Assembly: GCA_913055635.1 (NCBI GenBank)
Contig: CAJXLK010000023.1
Span: forward strand, 4,610 to 68,609
Length of the DNA stretch: 64,000 bases
Direction of reading: 5' to 3'
DNA from: an uncultured Bacteroidota bacterium
Lineage (GTDB): Bacteria; Bacteroidota; Bacteroidia; Bacteroidales; UBA12077
Of the stretch, positions 9,901 to 19,797 are shown piece by piece. The position numbers and the translations under genes were made by a program. The notes below the pieces were generated by a model that was not told the DNA's origin, did not search any database, and saw nothing but the letters and a program-made list of their open reading frames with translations. Each line of letters opens with the position of its first letter. Positions within the stretch are counted from its first letter, which is position 1.

Positions 9901-11067
9901 TTAAGTTTTTCTTTTCTTCAAACTGCCCTGGTAAATCTGGTATTTTTGGAATTTACATTCCAATGGGCCATTGTAGAGGGTGTATTTTTTAGAAGGGTGT
10001 AGTCCCACGTTTTTTAAGGCTTTTATATGGTTGCTGAAGATCCATACCTGGTAGCCGGTGTATTTGTGTTTAAGGATATTGCCAATGCGTTGGTAGAAAT
10101 GCAGGATGTCCTTTTCCTTAAGTTTTTGGCCGTAAGGGGGATTCATGATCACCACCCCTTTATTTTGTTCAGGGGGTGTAAATTGTGCCAGGGATTCTTC
10201 AGAGAGGTGGATGTGATGGGTAAGGTTGGCTTTTTCCAGGTTTTTCCGGGCAGTTTGAATGGCTTGGGGTGAGATGTCGCAACCATGGATGGGAGGGGCG
10301 TTTTTTTTGGGTTGGGGCAGCAGGGAATTTTTCAATTCCTGGAACAGGTTGTGATCAAAGTCGTGCCAGGAAGTAAAGCCATAATGTTCGCGGTATGCGC
10401 CGGGGGCGATATCATGGGCGATAAGAGCGGCTTCAATGGGCAGGGTGGCAGATCCACACATGGGATCGATGAACCGGGAGGTTTTGTCCCATCCGGTGAG
10501 CATAATCATACCGGCGGCCAGGACTTCGTTGAGGGGGGCCCGCACATTTTTTGATTTATATCCCCTTTTATGCAGCGACTCGCCGGATGAGTCGAGGGAG
10601 AAGGTACACTGATCCCGGAAAATATGCAGGTTGATTCTATAATCGGGCTGGTTTTTATCGACCGAAGGCCGCCGCTGGTATTTGTCCCTGAATCGGTCGG
10701 CGATGGCATCTTTGGCTTTCAGGGCCGCATAGTGGGAATGTTTAAATATCCGGGAATGGACTACCCCATCGATGACAAAGGTGTTGTAAATGTTGAACAA
10801 TTCTTCCCAGGGATATTCGTAGACGGCTTGGTAAAGTTTTTTCTCATTGGGGCAGGCACATTTAAAAAGGGGAACCAGTATTTTAAGGGCGGTGCGCAAC
10901 TGCAGGTTGCTTCGATACAAAAGGGCCTGGTTGCCCCGGAACTTAACCGCACGGTTGAGTATCTCCACCTGATTCCCCTCCAGGGCTTTGATTTCTTCGG
11001 CCAGCACCCCTTCGAGGCCGGGAAAGGTCTTGGCAATGTATTCTTGTTGTTGGGCCATAGCAACCAT
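9901..11067 (-). CDS. THUMP-domain class I SAM-dependent RNA methyltransferase (RlmL/YpsC-like)
   Basis: GLEGVLAEE, DSSGESLHKRGY, APLNEVLAA, DPMCGS, NPPYG. Confidence 0.9.
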   Translation of the reverse strand: MVAMAQQQEYIAKTFPGLEGVLAEEIKALEGNQVEILNRAVKFRGNQALLYRSNLQLRTALKILVPLFKCACPNEKKLYQAVYEYPWEELFNIYNTFVIDGVVHSRIFKHSHYAALKAKDAIADRFRDKYQRRPSVDKNQPDYRINLHIFRDQCTFSLDSSGESLHKRGYKSKNVRAPLNEVLAAGMIMLTGWDKTSRFIDPMCGSATLPIEAALIAHDIAPGAYREHYGFTSWHDFDHNLFQELKNSLLPQPKKNAPPIHGCDISPQAIQTARKNLEKANLTHHIHLSEESLAQFTPPEQNKGVVIMNPPYGQKLKEKDILHFYQRIGNILKHKYTGYQVWIFSNHIKALKNVGLHPSKKYTLYNGPLECKFQKYQIYQGSLKKRKT

Positions 11068-11126
11068 GATGATCCGGGTTCATAATTCAGGGGGGCAAGA
11101 TACGGTAAAATTCGTGCAATGCCATA

Positions 11127-12560
11127 TCAGGCTTCGCTGGCAAGTTTTTGGATCATTCCCCTAAAGATGAATTGATGGAAGGGCCAGAGGGCATACCAGT
11201 ATAAACGTCCTGAGACCCCGCTTGGTCTGAAGGTAGCAATCTGATGCAGGATAAAGGGGGGGGCATCACCGGTCATTTTAAATTCGAGCCATGCTTCACC
11301 CGGAAGCTTCATCTCGGCATAAAGCAGCAAACGCCTGTTTTTTTTATCGGCTATAAGTACCCTCCAAAAGTCCAGGGCATCGCCGGGATGCAGTTCTTTT
11401 TGATGGGTTCTTCCCCGGCGCAGCCCGGTTCCGCCCATGGCTTTATCCACATAGCCCCGGATCTTCCAGAGGAAGTTGGCAAAGTACCAGCCCTGCTTCC
11501 CGCCAATGGCCCAGATTTTGTCGAGAACATCGGTGGGGGCCCTTTTCAGCAAATGGCGCCGATGATCGATGAAGCATCCCCGGGTCGGCACGTGAAAAGA
11601 GGCCGAGAGGCTGCTCTGTTCCATTGACGATATCAGGGCATCTTTCCAGCTCGAACCTACGTTGTCCGATTCCAGTTTGCGAAAAGACATGCGAACCGCT
11701 TCGTCGAAACCCATCAATGAAATGGGGCACATCTGGCGAATATAACTGTCATCGGCAATGACTTCCACTTTCATGCTGTCAACCAGATTGACAGCCAGTT
11801 TATAAGATACCGAAGTCACAAAGTAGAGCCAATATGAGGAGAGACGGGGGGTCATCACAGGCAGGGTCCAGATTATGCGCTTGAGATGGCGCACCTTGGC
11901 AAAACGCAAAAGCATCTGCTTATAGCTGAGCACCTCCGGGCCGCCAATATCCAGAGAACGATTCATGGCCTGGTCAAGCATCAGCACCGAGATCAGGTAT
12001 TCAATGACATTGACTATGGCAATGGGCTGGGATTTGGTGTTTAGCCAGCGGGGGGTGATCATCACCGGTAGTTTTTCAACCAGGTCGCGCATGATCTCAA
12101 ACGAGGAACTGCCCGATCCGATGATGATCCCTGCTTTGAGGGTGGTTAATGGAATGGACGAGCCGGCCAGGATATTTTCTACGTTCCGCCTTGAAGCCAG
12201 ATGCCTGGATAGATGGGGCTGGTTGGTGATGCCACTGAGATAGATGATTTGTTTGGCTTGGGTATGGCGGATATAATCCAGGAAATTTTTTGCTGCAGCG
12301 GCTTCCCGATCATGGAAATCAGAAATGGACATTGACATGGAATGAATCAGGTAATAGGCTGCATCGATGTGTTGAGGGGCGTCTTCGGGGTGGGGGCGTA
12401 AAAAATCATGTTCCCATACCTCTATGGAAGGGTAGGTGGGTTCAAGGGTGAAACGCTGTCGGTCCCTGACACAGCAGATCACATGATGGCCCTTTTTCAG
12501 GAGCACGGGTAAAAGTCGTTTGCCAATATAACCGTTGGCGCCGGTCAGCAATATATTCAC
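11127..12560 (-). CDS. SDR/NAD(P)-binding protein with C-terminal DUF2867 (YbjT-like)
   Basis: TGANGYIG Rossmann motif, YYLIHSM, GDALDFWRV, AEMKLPGEAWLEF; GTG start. Confidence 0.87.
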   Translation of the reverse strand: MNILLTGANGYIGKRLLPVLLKKGHHVICCVRDRQRFTLEPTYPSIEVWEHDFLRPHPEDAPQHIDAAYYLIHSMSMSISDFHDREAAAAKNFLDYIRHTQAKQIIYLSGITNQPHLSRHLASRRNVENILAGSSIPLTTLKAGIIIGSGSSSFEIMRDLVEKLPVMITPRWLNTKSQPIAIVNVIEYLISVLMLDQAMNRSLDIGGPEVLSYKQMLLRFAKVRHLKRIIWTLPVMTPRLSSYWLYFVTSVSYKLAVNLVDSMKVEVIADDSYIRQMCPISLMGFDEAVRMSFRKLESDNVGSSWKDALISSMEQSSLSASFHVPTRGCFIDHRRHLLKRAPTDVLDKIWAIGGKQGWYFANFLWKIRGYVDKAMGGTGLRRGRTHQKELHPGDALDFWRVLIADKKNRRLLLYAEMKLPGEAWLEFKMTGDAPPFILHQIATFRPSGVSGRLYWYALWPFHQFIFRGMIQKLASEA

Positions 12561-12737
12561 CGGAAGGAAAATTAATGAAAGGTTTGTAAAAGAGCTTTTT
12601 AAAAGCCATTGAAAAAAGGGGCTTTTGACATTAACCCCGCTTATTCGTGCTGTGTTTATACACCATAAGTCCGGGAAAGTTCATAGCTCGGGGCAATATT
12701 GAGCATTTTTTTCAGGCTATGCCTTCTTGCAGGTGTG

Positions 12738-13160
12738 CTATCCGGAACCTGGTGGGTTGTCGGGCTGGTCCTTTTCAGAGCAGGCATCGTGAAGGGCAGC
12801 CTTTACAAAGAAAGATGAACGGGTGGCCCCGGTAATGGCATCAAACTTGACCGACTGGCGGGTACGGATGCTGTCGGTGATTGTCGATTTGATTGAATTC
12901 CAGGGGGAAACAGTGAGCCGGGGGATGGCTATTTGTTGGACTTTGCCGTTTTTGACTTTGAATTGTACCCGGGCCAGGGTCAGCATATCAAAAGGTTGAA
13001 ACGAGCCCTGGTAGGTTCCATCGGCCAGGCTGTCGAGTTCGACCCGGGATTGTCCCACATAACGGTAGGCCTGGAGCCCGGCTTGCTTAAAGTATTGATA
13101 ACCTAAAAACAGAAAGGTTACCCCCAGCAAGATCAAAAGGTATTTCAGGTTTCGGTTCAT
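12738..13160 (-). CDS. Membrane-anchored FMN-binding domain protein
   Basis: N-terminal TM; LADGTYQG and flavinylation-type motif DAITGATRSS. Confidence 0.8.
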   Translation of the reverse strand: MNRNLKYLLILLGVTFLFLGYQYFKQAGLQAYRYVGQSRVELDSLADGTYQGSFQPFDMLTLARVQFKVKNGKVQQIAIPRLTVSPWNSIKSTITDSIRTRQSVKFDAITGATRSSFFVKAALHDACSEKDQPDNPPGSG

Positions 13161-13452
13161 GCGATGTATTTACTGCGTTTTAACTCGAAGATATTGTCTT
13201 TTATGGCACCAATGTTTTTAGTTTTGACTTTATGCAATGTGTTTACTGGGTATTTAACCCCTGTTAACTTCTATGTTGCTGATATTCTCCTTATTCAGCT
13301 GTAAGTATAAAGGTGCGCATCCCAGGGGTAAGCCTTTTGTGCCGGGTGCACCGGCATTGATATGAAGCATGTGATGTTGTCGGTCATACTGAATGGTTGA
13401 GGCTATGTGAATGGCCGAAAACAAAATATGTCGGGGGCCGTTATAAAATCCT

Positions 13453-13460
13453 TAACTTTG
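13453..13460 (+). promoter_or_regulatory. -7 promoter box for rsmE
   Basis: TAACTTTG 17 nt upstream of ATG 13478. Confidence 0.6.
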
Positions 13461-13477
13461 TCGCAAAATTAATCATT

Positions 13478-14182
13478 ATGCACTTATTTTACGCCCCCGA
13501 GCTAAAAAATAACTTCCATGAGCTTTCCCCGGAGGAATCGAAGCACTGCATCAAAGTGCTGCGCCTCAGTTCGGGAGATATTGTTCACCTTACCGATGGC
13601 AGGGGAACCCTTTATCAAACCCACATAATAGATGCCAACCCCCGAAAATGTCGGGTTGAGATCGACTCGTCACAGGTGGCCCCTCAAAATCGGCCATTTT
13701 ACCTGCATTTGGCCGTTGCCCCGACCAAAAACCTCAAACGCTTTGAGTGGCTGGTGGAAAAAGTTACTGAAATCGGGGTGGACGAGATTACCCCCATTCG
13801 CTGCTTCCATTCGGAACGCAAAACGCTCAATACCCAACGCTTGCAACGGATTATGGTGGCCGCCATGAAACAGTCCCTTAAAACCAGACTTCCCCTGCTC
13901 CATGACATGCAACCTTTTTCCGGCGTAACAGGGAAACAAACGCAGGCCGAAAAGTATATGGCACACCTGGAAAATAATGCGCCCCTTCATCTGCAAGATG
14001 CTTATTCCGCAGGCCGCGATGTGCTGATCCTGATTGGGCCCGAAGGAGATTTTAGTCAGGAGGAGATTGAACAGGCCCGCTCCAGGGGATTTAAAACGGT
14101 AATTTTAGGAAAAAGCCGCCTGCGAACCGAAACAGCAGGTATTGCAGCATGTTATGGCATCAATTGGCTCAATGGTTGTTAA
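13478..14182 (+). CDS. rsmE: 16S rRNA m3U1498 methyltransferase
   Basis: HCIKVLR, EKVTEIGV, IGPEGDFS, LGKSRLRTETAG SPOUT motifs. Confidence 0.94.
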   Translation: MHLFYAPELKNNFHELSPEESKHCIKVLRLSSGDIVHLTDGRGTLYQTHIIDANPRKCRVEIDSSQVAPQNRPFYLHLAVAPTKNLKRFEWLVEKVTEIGVDEITPIRCFHSERKTLNTQRLQRIMVAAMKQSLKTRLPLLHDMQPFSGVTGKQTQAEKYMAHLENNAPLHLQDAYSAGRDVLILIGPEGDFSQEEIEQARSRGFKTVILGKSRLRTETAGIAACYGINWLNGC

Positions 14183-14187
14183 GGCGG

Positions 14188-14235
14188 AAAAGAACAAGTT
14201 CGCCTCTGGAGGAGAAAAGAGACGAACTTGTTTTT
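14188..14235. terminator. Probable bidirectional terminator
   Basis: AACAAGTTCG...CGAACTTGTT stem with A/T runs between convergent genes. Confidence 0.6.
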
Positions 14236-14240
14236 AATGC

Positions 14241-14438
14241 TTATTGCCCGGAATTGGCATATCGCTGTGCAAAATGAATGACCTCCCCTGCGATTTTGTC
14301 ATCCACCTGAAAAAGATTCCTGTCGAGCATTTCGAAAATATCCGAAAATTTCTCAATGCCCAAAAATTCATCCTTTTCCGGGCTGTAAACCAGTTGGTTA
14401 GATTCCTCTTGCGAGGCTGATGTAGAATGATGCTTCAT
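14241..14438 (-). CDS. Small hypothetical protein downstream of the ECF sigma factor
   Basis: 65-aa ORF filling the gap, co-oriented with the sigma gene and ending at the terminator. Confidence 0.55.
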   Translation of the reverse strand: MKHHSTSASQEESNQLVYSPEKDEFLGIEKFSDIFEMLDRNLFQVDDKIAGEVIHFAQRYANSGQ

Positions 14439-14548
14439 AGGCTTAATGATTAAGGATTAAAATCATATCACAAAACGATGCCCTTCTTTTCAATATTGTA
14501 AGAAGCATTAACATTTTTTAACAAAGAATTGGCTACGAAGGGGAAGGA

Positions 14549-15139
14549 TCAGATGGTGTTGAGATTGAGGTTTTTATCCTTGATCAGCTTTCTCAGGTTG
14601 ATCAAGGCATAACGCATCCTACCCAGGGCAGTATTGATGCTGACATTGGTCTGGTCGGCAATTTCCTTGAAACTTAAACCTCCATAATGCCGCAAAAGAA
14701 CGACTTCTTTTTGTTCTTCGGGCAGGTAGTCGATTAGCTTGCGTACATCGTCGATGATTTGATTGCGCACCATCCGGTCTTCAACGGTTTTTTCAGAAAA
14801 TTTCTGGGAGTTGAAGATGTCCATCTCGTAATCGTCGTTGGAATAAACCCTGGATTGTTTGCCTTTTCTGAAATAATCAATAATCAGATTGTGGGCAATA
14901 CGAATTACCCAGGAAACAAATTTTCCACTTTCCTGGTATTTGCCCTGATGCAGGGATTTGATGACTTTTATGAATGTCTCCTGGAAAATATCTTCCGCCA
15001 GATGCTCGTTTTTGACCATTAAAAGGATGTAGGTATAGACTTTATCTTTATAACGGCCAATAAGCCGCTCAATGGCGGTTTGATCTCCGTCAAGATATTC
15101 GCGGATCAGTTTTTGGTCAGAATTTTCTTTTTTTGTCAC
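14549..15139 (-). CDS. ECF sigma-70 family RNA polymerase sigma factor
   Basis: AEDIFQETFIK, WVIRIAHNLIIDYFR, LSFKEIA...SINTALGRMRYA; GTG start. Confidence 0.93.
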   Translation of the reverse strand: MTKKENSDQKLIREYLDGDQTAIERLIGRYKDKVYTYILLMVKNEHLAEDIFQETFIKVIKSLHQGKYQESGKFVSWVIRIAHNLIIDYFRKGKQSRVYSNDDYEMDIFNSQKFSEKTVEDRMVRNQIIDDVRKLIDYLPEEQKEVVLLRHYGGLSFKEIADQTNVSINTALGRMRYALINLRKLIKDKNLNLNTI

Positions 15140-15262
15140 AATCTCCTCCTATTTATAATTGGGTAGTTTTGTTACTGTAAAACAAACCTTCCTTTCTATG
15201 GGTTTAAATCTATGCAAATAAATAAAAAAACCTCAGATTTCAAAATTTTGTCAAAACATTTC

Positions 15263-15270
15263 TAATTTTG
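15263..15270 (+). promoter_or_regulatory. -7 promoter box for uvrA
   Basis: TAATTTTG 23 nt upstream of the uvrA ATG. Confidence 0.55.
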
Positions 15271-15293
15271 TTCGGTTAAAAGGTGCAACAATC

Positions 15294-18125
15294 ATGCCAG
15301 ATAGACAAAGCAGCCGTAGTGGACACATCATTGTCCAGGGAGCCCGGGTTCACAATTTAAAGGATGTCAGTTTAAAGATACCACGGAATCAGTTTGTTGT
15401 GATCACGGGGGTATCCGGATCCGGCAAATCCTCGCTGGCTTTCGACACTTTATATGCGGAGGGGCAGCGTCGTTATGTGGAGAGCTTATCAGCCTATGCC
15501 CGGCAGTTCCTTGGCCGGATTGAGAAGCCCGATGTCGATTTCATTCATGGCCTGCCTCCGGCTATTGCCATTGAACAGAAAGTGAATACCCGCAATCCGC
15601 GCTCTACGGTAGGAACATCCACCGAAATATATGATTATCTCAAGCTTTTATACGCCCGAATTGGCAAGACGTATTCGCCTTATTCGGGGCGCCTGGTTCA
15701 GCGCGACAGCGTAAGTGATGTGGTCAATTACATCCTTTCCCTGGATAAAGGATTGAAGTTTTTGATTTTGGCCCCTTTTGTTCCGCCCAAAGAAGGCTCT
15801 GCCGAAGATTATCTGCGGTTATTGGCCAATCAGGGCACCACCCGGTTGGAAAAGGCGGGCGAGATCGTGCGGATCAACGATTTATTGGAAAGTCAAAACC
15901 CTTCCGGGATCGATTTGGAAGGGCTTCATATTGTGATTGACCGTGTTAAGGTGGCCGATGACGAGGATTCCCGCTCACGGTTTGCCGATTCGGTTCAGCT
16001 GGCCTTTTCAGAAGGCAATGGTTCCTGCCTGATCAAGTCGTTTCATGGGGAAGAGGTCAGGGAGCGATCTTTTTCAAACCGGTTTGAAGCCGATGGGGTT
16101 TGTTTTGAGGAACCCACCGAACACATGTTCAGTTTTAACAACCCCCTGGGAGCCTGCCCAACTTGTGAGGGTTACGGGCGCATCATAGGCATCGACGAAG
16201 ACCTGGTGGTTCCCAACAAGAGCCTTTCGGTTTACCAGGATGCCGTTGCCTGCTGGCGGGGTGAAAAGATGCAGGAATGGAAGAATCAGCTCATCCGGAA
16301 TGCAAAGCGGATGAATTTTCCCATTCACAAACCCTATTCGCAGCTGAGTGAGGCACAGAAAAAATTGCTTTGGACGGGCAATCAGTACTTTCATGGCTTA
16401 AATGCTTTTTTCCGATACCTCGAGCGCAAGAAATACAAAATTCAATACCGGGTGATGCTTTCCCGTTACCGGGGCAAAACGGTGTGCCCCGAATGCCATG
16501 GCACCCGGTTGAAGAAAGAAGCTTCTTATGTGAAGGTTGGAGGCAAGGCGATCACTGAACTGGTGGTCATGGCCATCGATCAGTTGTATCGTTTTTTTGA
16601 AGACCTCAGCCTTGATGACTATGACGCAGAGGTGGCCGAGCGCATTTTGAATGAAATCACCAGCCGCATCCATTTCCTCCTGGAAGTGGGCCTGGGCTAC
16701 CTGACCCTTAACCGCTTATCATCAACCCTTTCGGGAGGAGAGTCGCAACGCATCAACCTGGCCACTTCCCTGGGAAGCAGCCTGGTCGGGTCGATGTATA
16801 TTTTGGATGAACCCAGCGTTGGATTGCATCCCCGTGATAATCATCGTCTTATTGGAGTACTACGGCGGCTCCAGCAAATTGGCAATACCGTCGTCGTCGT
16901 TGAACATGATGAGGACATCATCCGGGCAGCCGACCAAATTATTGACCTGGGGCCGCTTGCCGGTCGCCTGGGAGGCGAGGTGGTCTTCCAGGGTCCGCAT
17001 CACGCCATTAAACAGGTCGCCGATAGTTATACCGGTCAATTCCTGCTCCGCGAAGAATATATCCCCTTGCCTGCCCAACGCAGGAAATGGAACAATTATA
17101 TTGAACTGAAAGGGGCCCGCGAGAATAACCTCCAGGGCATCGATGTGAAATTTCCGCTGAACTTGATTACCGTCATAACAGGGGTTAGTGGCTCTGGCAA
17201 ATCTTCCCTGGTGAAAAATATTCTGGCCCCCGCTTTGGACCGGCATTATAAGGGAAGTGGTCAGAAACCCGGACGATATGATGAGTTAAGGGGAGATCTG
17301 CATCTGCTTTCGGATGTGGAATACGTGGATCAGAACCCCATTGGCAAATCTTCGCGCTCCAATCCGGTGACCTATATCAAAGCCTACGATGAAATCCGCA
17401 AGTTGTTTGCCAGCCAGCATGCAGCCAAGATCAACAATTTCAAGCCGGCGCACTTTTCATTCAATACCCCTGGCGGCCGCTGTGAAACCTGTCAGGGAGA
17501 AGGGGTGATCAAGGTAGAGATGCAGTTTTTGCCCGATATTACCCTTACCTGCGAGGCCTGTAATGGCAAAAGGTTCCGGGATGAAGTGCTGGAAGTCAAA
17601 TATAAAGGGGTCAATATTTATCAGCTCCTGGAAATGACCATTAATGAAGCCATTGAATTTTTCTCTGACCGCAGCAACAACCAGGAGAAAAAGATTCTCC
17701 ATAAATTGAGCATCCTTCAGGATGTCGGACTGGGTTATCTCAAGCTGGGGCAGTCTTCCAGCACCCTCAGCGGCGGGGAAAGCCAGCGGGTCAAACTGGC
17801 TTCCTTTTTAGGACATGAAAGCCAGGAACATCCCCAGCTTTTTATTTTTGATGAACCCACTACCGGCCTGCATTACTATGACATCTCCAAATTGCTGGAT
17901 GCTTTTAATGCCCTGATCCGGAAAGGCCATAGCGTGGTGATCATCGAACATAATATGGAAGTGATTAAATCGGGCGACTGGATCATCGATCTGGGACCGG
18001 AAGGAGGAGAAGGTGGGGGGCGCGTTGTTTGTGAAGGCACCCCCGAGCAGTTGGCCCGTTGCCCCGATTCATTTACTGCCCGGTATCTGAGGGAGAAACT
18101 TCAGGAAAAACCCATCGCCCATTAA
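15294..18125 (+). CDS. uvrA: Excinuclease ABC subunit A
   Basis: GARVHNLK, two GVSGSGKSSL Walker A, AEGQRRYVESLS, two LSGGESQR, zinc-finger CxxC pairs. Confidence 0.97.
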   Translation: MPDRQSSRSGHIIVQGARVHNLKDVSLKIPRNQFVVITGVSGSGKSSLAFDTLYAEGQRRYVESLSAYARQFLGRIEKPDVDFIHGLPPAIAIEQKVNTRNPRSTVGTSTEIYDYLKLLYARIGKTYSPYSGRLVQRDSVSDVVNYILSLDKGLKFLILAPFVPPKEGSAEDYLRLLANQGTTRLEKAGEIVRINDLLESQNPSGIDLEGLHIVIDRVKVADDEDSRSRFADSVQLAFSEGNGSCLIKSFHGEEVRERSFSNRFEADGVCFEEPTEHMFSFNNPLGACPTCEGYGRIIGIDEDLVVPNKSLSVYQDAVACWRGEKMQEWKNQLIRNAKRMNFPIHKPYSQLSEAQKKLLWTGNQYFHGLNAFFRYLERKKYKIQYRVMLSRYRGKTVCPECHGTRLKKEASYVKVGGKAITELVVMAIDQLYRFFEDLSLDDYDAEVAERILNEITSRIHFLLEVGLGYLTLNRLSSTLSGGESQRINLATSLGSSLVGSMYILDEPSVGLHPRDNHRLIGVLRRLQQIGNTVVVVEHDEDIIRAADQIIDLGPLAGRLGGEVVFQGPHHAIKQVADSYTGQFLLREEYIPLPAQRRKWNNYIELKGARENNLQGIDVKFPLNLITVITGVSGSGKSSLVKNILAPALDRHYKGSGQKPGRYDELRGDLHLLSDVEYVDQNPIGKSSRSNPVTYIKAYDEIRKLFASQHAAKINNFKPAHFSFNTPGGRCETCQGEGVIKVEMQFLPDITLTCEACNGKRFRDEVLEVKYKGVNIYQLLEMTINEAIEFFSDRSNNQEKKILHKLSILQDVGLGYLKLGQSSSTLSGGESQRVKLASFLGHESQEHPQLFIFDEPTTGLHYYDISKLLDAFNALIRKGHSVVIIEHNMEVIKSGDWIIDLGPEGGEGGGRVVCEGTPEQLARCPDSFTARYLREKLQEKPIAH

Positions 18126-18194
18126 GGCTGGATTGATTCAATGATGGTGGATGGGCCCCTTGATCCGGTTTAAGGTATTGGGCAGGGTGGCCCA

Positions 18195-18662
18195 TCAAGG
18201 ACTGGCTTCCTTTTGCTGATCTTCCTTTTTGAGTCCGATCATGATGGCCACGCAACCGCTGATGGGATCACCCTCGCTGTCATTCTCCCCATCCTCTACT
18301 TTCAGGGATATGATCAATTGCTGGCTCGATTCCGGGATGAAATCCCATTTCATCTTGTAGCCATTGGTTTTGTTATCATACAATACGTTGCGATCGACGT
18401 CCAGCACCTGAAAATGGATCTTGGGCATGGCCGATGACTCACAGATATAAATGCGGTATTGCTGCTTGGCATAAAAGGTTTTGTACATCTCGGCGGTCTC
18501 ACCTTCGGTCAGAATGGCGGCATTGTAGTTGCCGTTGTGTATATAGGGAGCAAGTTCTTTTTGGCAAACCTGTTTGGCAAAATGCTTACATTGACTCTGT
18601 CCAAGCAGCGGTATAAGCATGAGAAAGGCCAGGATCGCTAAAGTATTCGATAGTTTGCTCAT
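18195..18662 (-). CDS. Uncharacterised small secreted Cys-containing protein (paralog of 5215..5679)
   Basis: Signal peptide; YIHNG, TFY-x4-YRIYIC, DRNVLYDN, CVAIMIG. Confidence 0.8.
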   Translation of the reverse strand: MSKLSNTLAILAFLMLIPLLGQSQCKHFAKQVCQKELAPYIHNGNYNAAILTEGETAEMYKTFYAKQQYRIYICESSAMPKIHFQVLDVDRNVLYDNKTNGYKMKWDFIPESSQQLIISLKVEDGENDSEGDPISGCVAIMIGLKKEDQQKEASP

Positions 18663-18675
18663 AACAGATGCTATT

Positions 18676-19611
18676 TTAAGAGATAAATTTGGTTCTTATT
18701 ACGTCAATTTTTTCTTTAAGTTGCTTATAAATCTGGGGTGTCATTGTTAAAGTCGTCTCCGATTTCAGGGTGGTTACATTGGTGGTGGTGTCCTTGACCG
18801 GGACAACTTTGGATGACTTAATGGTGATTTGGTCGTATATGCGCTTCAATTCCTTAATGTCCGACATGACCGACGAGAGGTGTTCATTGGAACGATGCTT
18901 CTGCTGCAACTTCATGATGGTGTTCAGGGCCATTTTCTGATCGGCTATGCGGGCAATCATCTCATTGTTGTTGATGTCCTGCTGGCTGGGGCTTTCTTCC
19001 ACCAGATGGGTGGCAATATACAGGCCCTCGACCCATCCCCCGATTAAAACAATGGTCGAAATGGCTTCCCTTTCGTTTTCTTTGAAAAAGGAGCTCGAAT
19101 TGAGGATGGTCTCGGAAATGATATCCAAAATCACATCCCGGTTGTTCACATTGGCCTCCAGGCGCTCGACGGTTTTTTGATCAATGGCGTGCATGATGCC
19201 CAGGCCTTCAGCCATTTTTTTGGCGGCATTGATGTAATCAATGGTGGTCTGGGTCTGGTCATACAAACTGGCGTAACTCAAATCGGTGGTGTATATGCCC
19301 AGATTCAGGGCCCGGCTTTTGGTGGTGACATACCTTGAATTGTGGGCAACCGGATTTAATAATTCCGGGTTGTACGATTTGCCTGCTTCCTTGAGGATCA
19401 TTGCCACTTCCAGGGGCGAGGGCATCGAGTAAAACATCTCCTTGACCTCTTTGACATCCTTGATCAATTGTTGGTCAATGGAATCAACCTGCACAACTTC
19501 TTTCTGGGAGGAACCCTCTTGGGTTTGCTTGTCTTTTTTACAACCGGGGGTAAAAACAAGGAATACAACAGCAAGGGTGGTGATCAACAAACTGAATGAT
19601 TGATTCTTCAT
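18676..19611 (-). CDS. Uncharacterised lipoprotein (paralog of 4310..5218)
   Basis: ATG 19611 MKNQSF..., lipobox TPGC; SMPSP, ALNLGIYTTDLSY, GGWVEG. Confidence 0.82.
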   Translation of the reverse strand: MKNQSFSLLITTLAVVFLVFTPGCKKDKQTQEGSSQKEVVQVDSIDQQLIKDVKEVKEMFYSMPSPLEVAMILKEAGKSYNPELLNPVAHNSRYVTTKSRALNLGIYTTDLSYASLYDQTQTTIDYINAAKKMAEGLGIMHAIDQKTVERLEANVNNRDVILDIISETILNSSSFFKENEREAISTIVLIGGWVEGLYIATHLVEESPSQQDINNNEMIARIADQKMALNTIMKLQQKHRSNEHLSSVMSDIKELKRIYDQITIKSSKVVPVKDTTTNVTTLKSETTLTMTPQIYKQLKEKIDVIRTKFIS

Positions 19612-19767
19612 GGTGGTTGCGTTTTTGATGTTTGATGCAGTTGGGTGTCTATACAAGACCGGGTGCCTGTTTGACCACGGTATCCTTTGTAAGGCTTTAC
19701 AATCAAAGCCTAAAATAAAAACAATTTTTAGATTCCCCAAAATTATTCACCGAAATTAGAAATATTC

Positions 19768-19775
19768 TAACTTTG
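19768..19775 (+). promoter_or_regulatory. -7 promoter box
   Basis: TAACTTTG 22 nt upstream of ATG 19798. Confidence 0.55.
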
Positions 19776-19797
19776 CGGTAGCAAAAATTAGCATCAT

